Below the pieces are notes generated by a model. That model worked only from the letters and a program-made list of their open reading frames with translations. It did not search any database and had not been told where the DNA came from. A program made the position numbers and the translations under genes. From the NCBI GenBank assembly GCA_035388025.1, contig DAOOPA010000002.1, positions 1 to 44,078 on the forward strand: a DNA stretch of 44,078 nucleotides, written 5' to 3'. Below are positions 41,849-44,078 of the stretch, piece after piece. The stretch comes from a bacterium (lineage in GTDB: Bacteria; Patescibacteriota; Patescibacteriia; UBA2196; GWA2-42-15). Within the stretch, counting starts at the first letter, position 1, and each line of letters starts with the position of its first letter.

Positions 41849-42409
41849 ATGCCAAAAATCTTATTTCATACTTGTTGTTCCCCATGTGCCTGCTATCCGA
41901 TCGAGGAATTGGAGAGACTGGGTTTTGCGGTGACTGTTTTTTATTACAACCCAAACGTCCAGCCGAGAGAAGAATATGATGCGCGCCTGGCTGAATTAAA
42001 AAAATATTTGGCCACGACCCATCAAGGTGTAAAAATAGTCCAAGGCGAATATGAGGTAGAAAAATGGTTTGACCAAATTAAAGGACTAGAGAATGAGCCG
42101 GAGCGTGGACGGCGTTGCGATGTCTGTTATGAATTGCGGCTCAGGAAAACCGCGCAAAAAGCCAAAGAACTCGGGTGTGAATATTTTGGCTCCAGCTTAT
42201 CGGTCAGCCCGCATAAAAAAGCGGATAAGATCAGCGAGCTGGGCAACAAAATCGCGGCCAAGTATGGTTTGAAATTTTTGGACCGCGACTGGAAAAAAAC
42301 GGGGGGGTTCCAGGCGGCCTGTCAAATCGCCAAGAAACATAATTTTTACCGGCAAAATTATTGCGGGTGCGTGTTCTCAAAATCAAAGCAAGATAAGCGA
42401 ATTAAATAA
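41849..42409 (+). CDS. queH: Epoxyqueuosine reductase QueH (DUF208)
   Basis: LFHTCCSPCA, FYYNPN(V)QP, RCDVCYELRL, SLSVSPHK, YRQNYCGC are the characteristic QueH Cys motifs. Confidence 0.85.
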   Translation: MPKILFHTCCSPCACYPIEELERLGFAVTVFYYNPNVQPREEYDARLAELKKYLATTHQGVKIVQGEYEVEKWFDQIKGLENEPERGRRCDVCYELRLRKTAQKAKELGCEYFGSSLSVSPHKKADKISELGNKIAAKYGLKFLDRDWKKTGGFQAACQIAKKHNFYRQNYCGCVFSKSKQDKRIK

Positions 42410-42544
42410 ACCAAGTAAATTAAAAAAGTCTGTGTCTTCTTGTAAAGTACTTAAATTGTGGTAAGATTAAATTAGTAAATGTTATTCTGTCTTTAATTTT
42501 ATTTATTGGCCAACTGGCTTAATTTACTTACTAAATTTGCAAAA

Positions 42545-42877
42545 ATGACGCGTGAAAAATGGCTAGAAACACTGGACAAAATCAAAAGACAATTCACCAT
42601 TGACAGTGAAGAACATGGGGCTTTGGGTGAAGATATTCCCGGGGAAAAATGGTTGGTGGAATTTGAGACGCCGGGCATGGGAAAAATAAAAATGGAGTGG
42701 GTGGAAAAACCAAAATTGAAAGAGGTAAAGACCAACTATGCTAATCGTATCGGCTCAACAACCAAAATAACCAACGTCTACGACGAAAATGAAAAGATCA
42801 ACTATCTAAATATTTTTAAGTGGAATGAGCGGGAACAGGTTTGGGACAAGTTGGCCAATGAATTTATAAATCTTTAA
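42545..42877 (+). CDS. Hypothetical protein (110 aa)
   Basis: ORF 42506..42877; first ATG at 42545. Balanced composition, no recognised motif. Confidence 0.5.
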   Translation: MTREKWLETLDKIKRQFTIDSEEHGALGEDIPGEKWLVEFETPGMGKIKMEWVEKPKLKEVKTNYANRIGSTTKITNVYDENEKINYLNIFKWNEREQVWDKLANEFINL

Positions 42878-42895
42878 AAAATAAAAATCACCATT

Positions 42896-43378
42896 ATGTC
42901 CAAAGGACAACTTTTTGTCAACTATCATTGGAAACAGATAACCCTCGCTTTCGTGGTGGTTGTCGCTTTGGTCGCCTGGCAGACGATCGGCGAAGAACGA
43001 GAGTTAAAAAAGATCAAGGAAGGCCAGGTGGCTGGAGTGAGTATTGATAATAGCAACCAGCAAATAGAAAGTGAAGCCCAAAAACAAAGGTTGATTATCA
43101 CTTATCAGGCAAGCCTGAAAAATCTCCTGAAAGAATATTTACAAAAAAGAGCTAGCTCAATCAACGATCAAACTGGCTGGCTGACGGCAATAGAACAAAC
43201 CAAGGCCGACGTCCTGAAATTGAGTGTCCCTGATGAATACAAGGAACTGCATCTTGCCATAGTGACAACCATGGACCGAGAAAAAGAGGCATTAAAGGAA
43301 GATGATCAAGACAAAAAGCAGGCGATAGAAAGCGCCTGGGCGGAAATCTTAGAACAATATTTTTGGCTTAATAACTAG
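42896..43378 (+). CDS. Hypothetical membrane-anchored coiled-coil-like protein
   Basis: 160 aa. One N-terminal TM (ITLAFVVVVALVAW), then a charged helical region. Confidence 0.55.
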   Translation: MSKGQLFVNYHWKQITLAFVVVVALVAWQTIGEERELKKIKEGQVAGVSIDNSNQQIESEAQKQRLIITYQASLKNLLKEYLQKRASSINDQTGWLTAIEQTKADVLKLSVPDEYKELHLAIVTTMDREKEALKEDDQDKKQAIESAWAEILEQYFWLNN

Positions 43379-43388
43379 AGAAATTTTT

Positions 43389-44078
43389 GTGCCTATCGCC
43401 CTTGCTTATCTTTATGGTTTGGCAACCCTCTTCGGGTTACAGCTCGGGGTAATTAATCCCGTTTTTTTCTGGTGGTCAGCGGGCGGCGTATTAGTTTTTA
43501 ATATCTTTTTTGTCTGGTTGGCAACAAGGGCCAAATGGGATAAAAATTTTTTTAATTTTTTAATCTCCCCTTTCTTTTTTTTACTGTCAGGGTTAATGTT
43601 TTTGGGGTTTGCCAATCAATTAATAATCCGGGAATTGGCAGTGGTTTTTCTCTCGCTTGGAACGCTGCTTTTTGCCAGACAATTGATTATTTTGAGTTAT
43701 CATAAATATCAATATCAAAATCATTCCCTTTCAACCATCTCCAAAATTCTCAATACTACGACTATTTTTTTCTGGTTCAACGGGGTTTTTGATTTGTCCA
43801 TCTTTTTAAATATCTCCTTTTGGCTACTCGCCCCTTTGACTGTCGCGGCGGTCGGCTTGGTAACCTACCAATTTTTCATTATCAATAAAATCAAAAATGT
43901 AGCCGGACAGTGGTTTTTGCCAGTTATTATCCTGGCGATAACTGAGTTATTTTTGGTGGTAGCTTGGTTGCCTAATCTTTCGGCGGTCAAAGCGCTGATT
44001 ATGACCGCCGCCTATTATTTCTTTACCGGCCTGGCTCAACACTTTCTTTTGGGTACGATCAATAAAAAAACTTATTGG
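43389..44078 (+). CDS. Polytopic membrane protein, 3'-truncated by the window end
   Basis: Open frame from GTG 43389 to the last complete codon of the window (230 codons, no stop). Translation VPIALAYLYGLATLFGLQLGVINPVFFWW... has repeated hydrophobic segments. It is absent from the track, probably because no stop is reached. Confidence 0.55.
   Translation, partial: MPIALAYLYGLATLFGLQLGVINPVFFWWSAGGVLVFNIFFVWLATRAKWDKNFFNFLISPFFFLLSGLMFLGFANQLIIRELAVVFLSLGTLLFARQLIILSYHKYQYQNHSLSTISKILNTTTIFFWFNGVFDLSIFLNISFWLLAPLTVAAVGLVTYQFFIINKIKNVAGQWFLPVIILAITELFLVVAWLPNLSAVKALIMTAAYYFFTGLAQHFLLGTINKKTYW

Noticed and set aside
43412-43615. 67-aa minus-strand ORF.
   Set aside because: It is antisense to the 230-codon open membrane-protein frame running to the window end. 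It is Lys-rich and low-complexity.
1-44078. Scan for CRISPR arrays, rRNA, transposases/integrases, phage structural genes, reverse transcriptases (DGR/retron) and toxin-antitoxin pairs.
   Set aside because: I could find no regularly spaced direct repeats, no recognisable catalytic motifs of these families in any long ORF, and no terminal inverted repeats bounding a gene set.

Overview
Gene calls rest on six-frame reading, remembered family motifs and hand folding; no homology search or computed statistics were available. The window is an AT-rich bacterial chromosomal segment using the standard genetic code. The long ORFs need no UGA recoding. Gene content looks like Patescibacteria/CPR or another small-genome monoderm (inference): FemAB, LCP, MurD, many GT-C-like membrane proteins, compact overlapping operons, weak Shine-Dalgarno sites.

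Main blocks:
- tRNA-Leu, then a convergent DUF2079 membrane-protein gene.
- A seven-gene minus-strand operon (2.3-10.2 kb) with five large polytopic GT-C-like membrane proteins and two polyprenyl-phosphate-sugar GT2 synthases.
- Housekeeping and sugar-activation genes: PGI/PMI, RlmE, FemAB, a sugar-1-P nucleotidyltransferase, a PfkB kinase and an MFS transporter.
- tRNA-Cys, followed by an operon of two phosphohexomutases, an IMPase, a PP-loop protein, a small membrane ORF and MurD.
- Two tandem XRE repressor genes.
- tRNA-Val-LepB-HisS-MtaB on the minus strand.
- LCP-Der-Pth-P-type ATPase-CapA-QueH on the plus strand.
- Three orphan genes running off the 3' end.

No CRISPR array, rRNA, transposase, integrase or phage structural gene was seen.

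Most interesting observations:
1. A 3.2 kb orphan islet (16.3-19.6 kb) splits two sugar-metabolism genes. Its lead gene fuses a wHTH, a GHKL ATPase and a STAS-like domain. It has a palindromic operator over its own promoter and is flanked by two diverged copies of one terminator hairpin.
2. The lipid-linked-sugar/GT-C operon, whose first gene has STT3/AglB-like landmarks.
3. A PP-loop protein next to MurD, which fits the MurL-MurD2 L-Glu ligation and epimerisation route.
4. A promoter, 41-codon ORF and terminator unit with a possible antiterminator, upstream of the MFS gene.
5. A GC-rich three-hairpin element directly upstream of tRNA-Cys.
6. An 82 bp AATATT-repeat palindrome upstream of the PGI/PMI gene.
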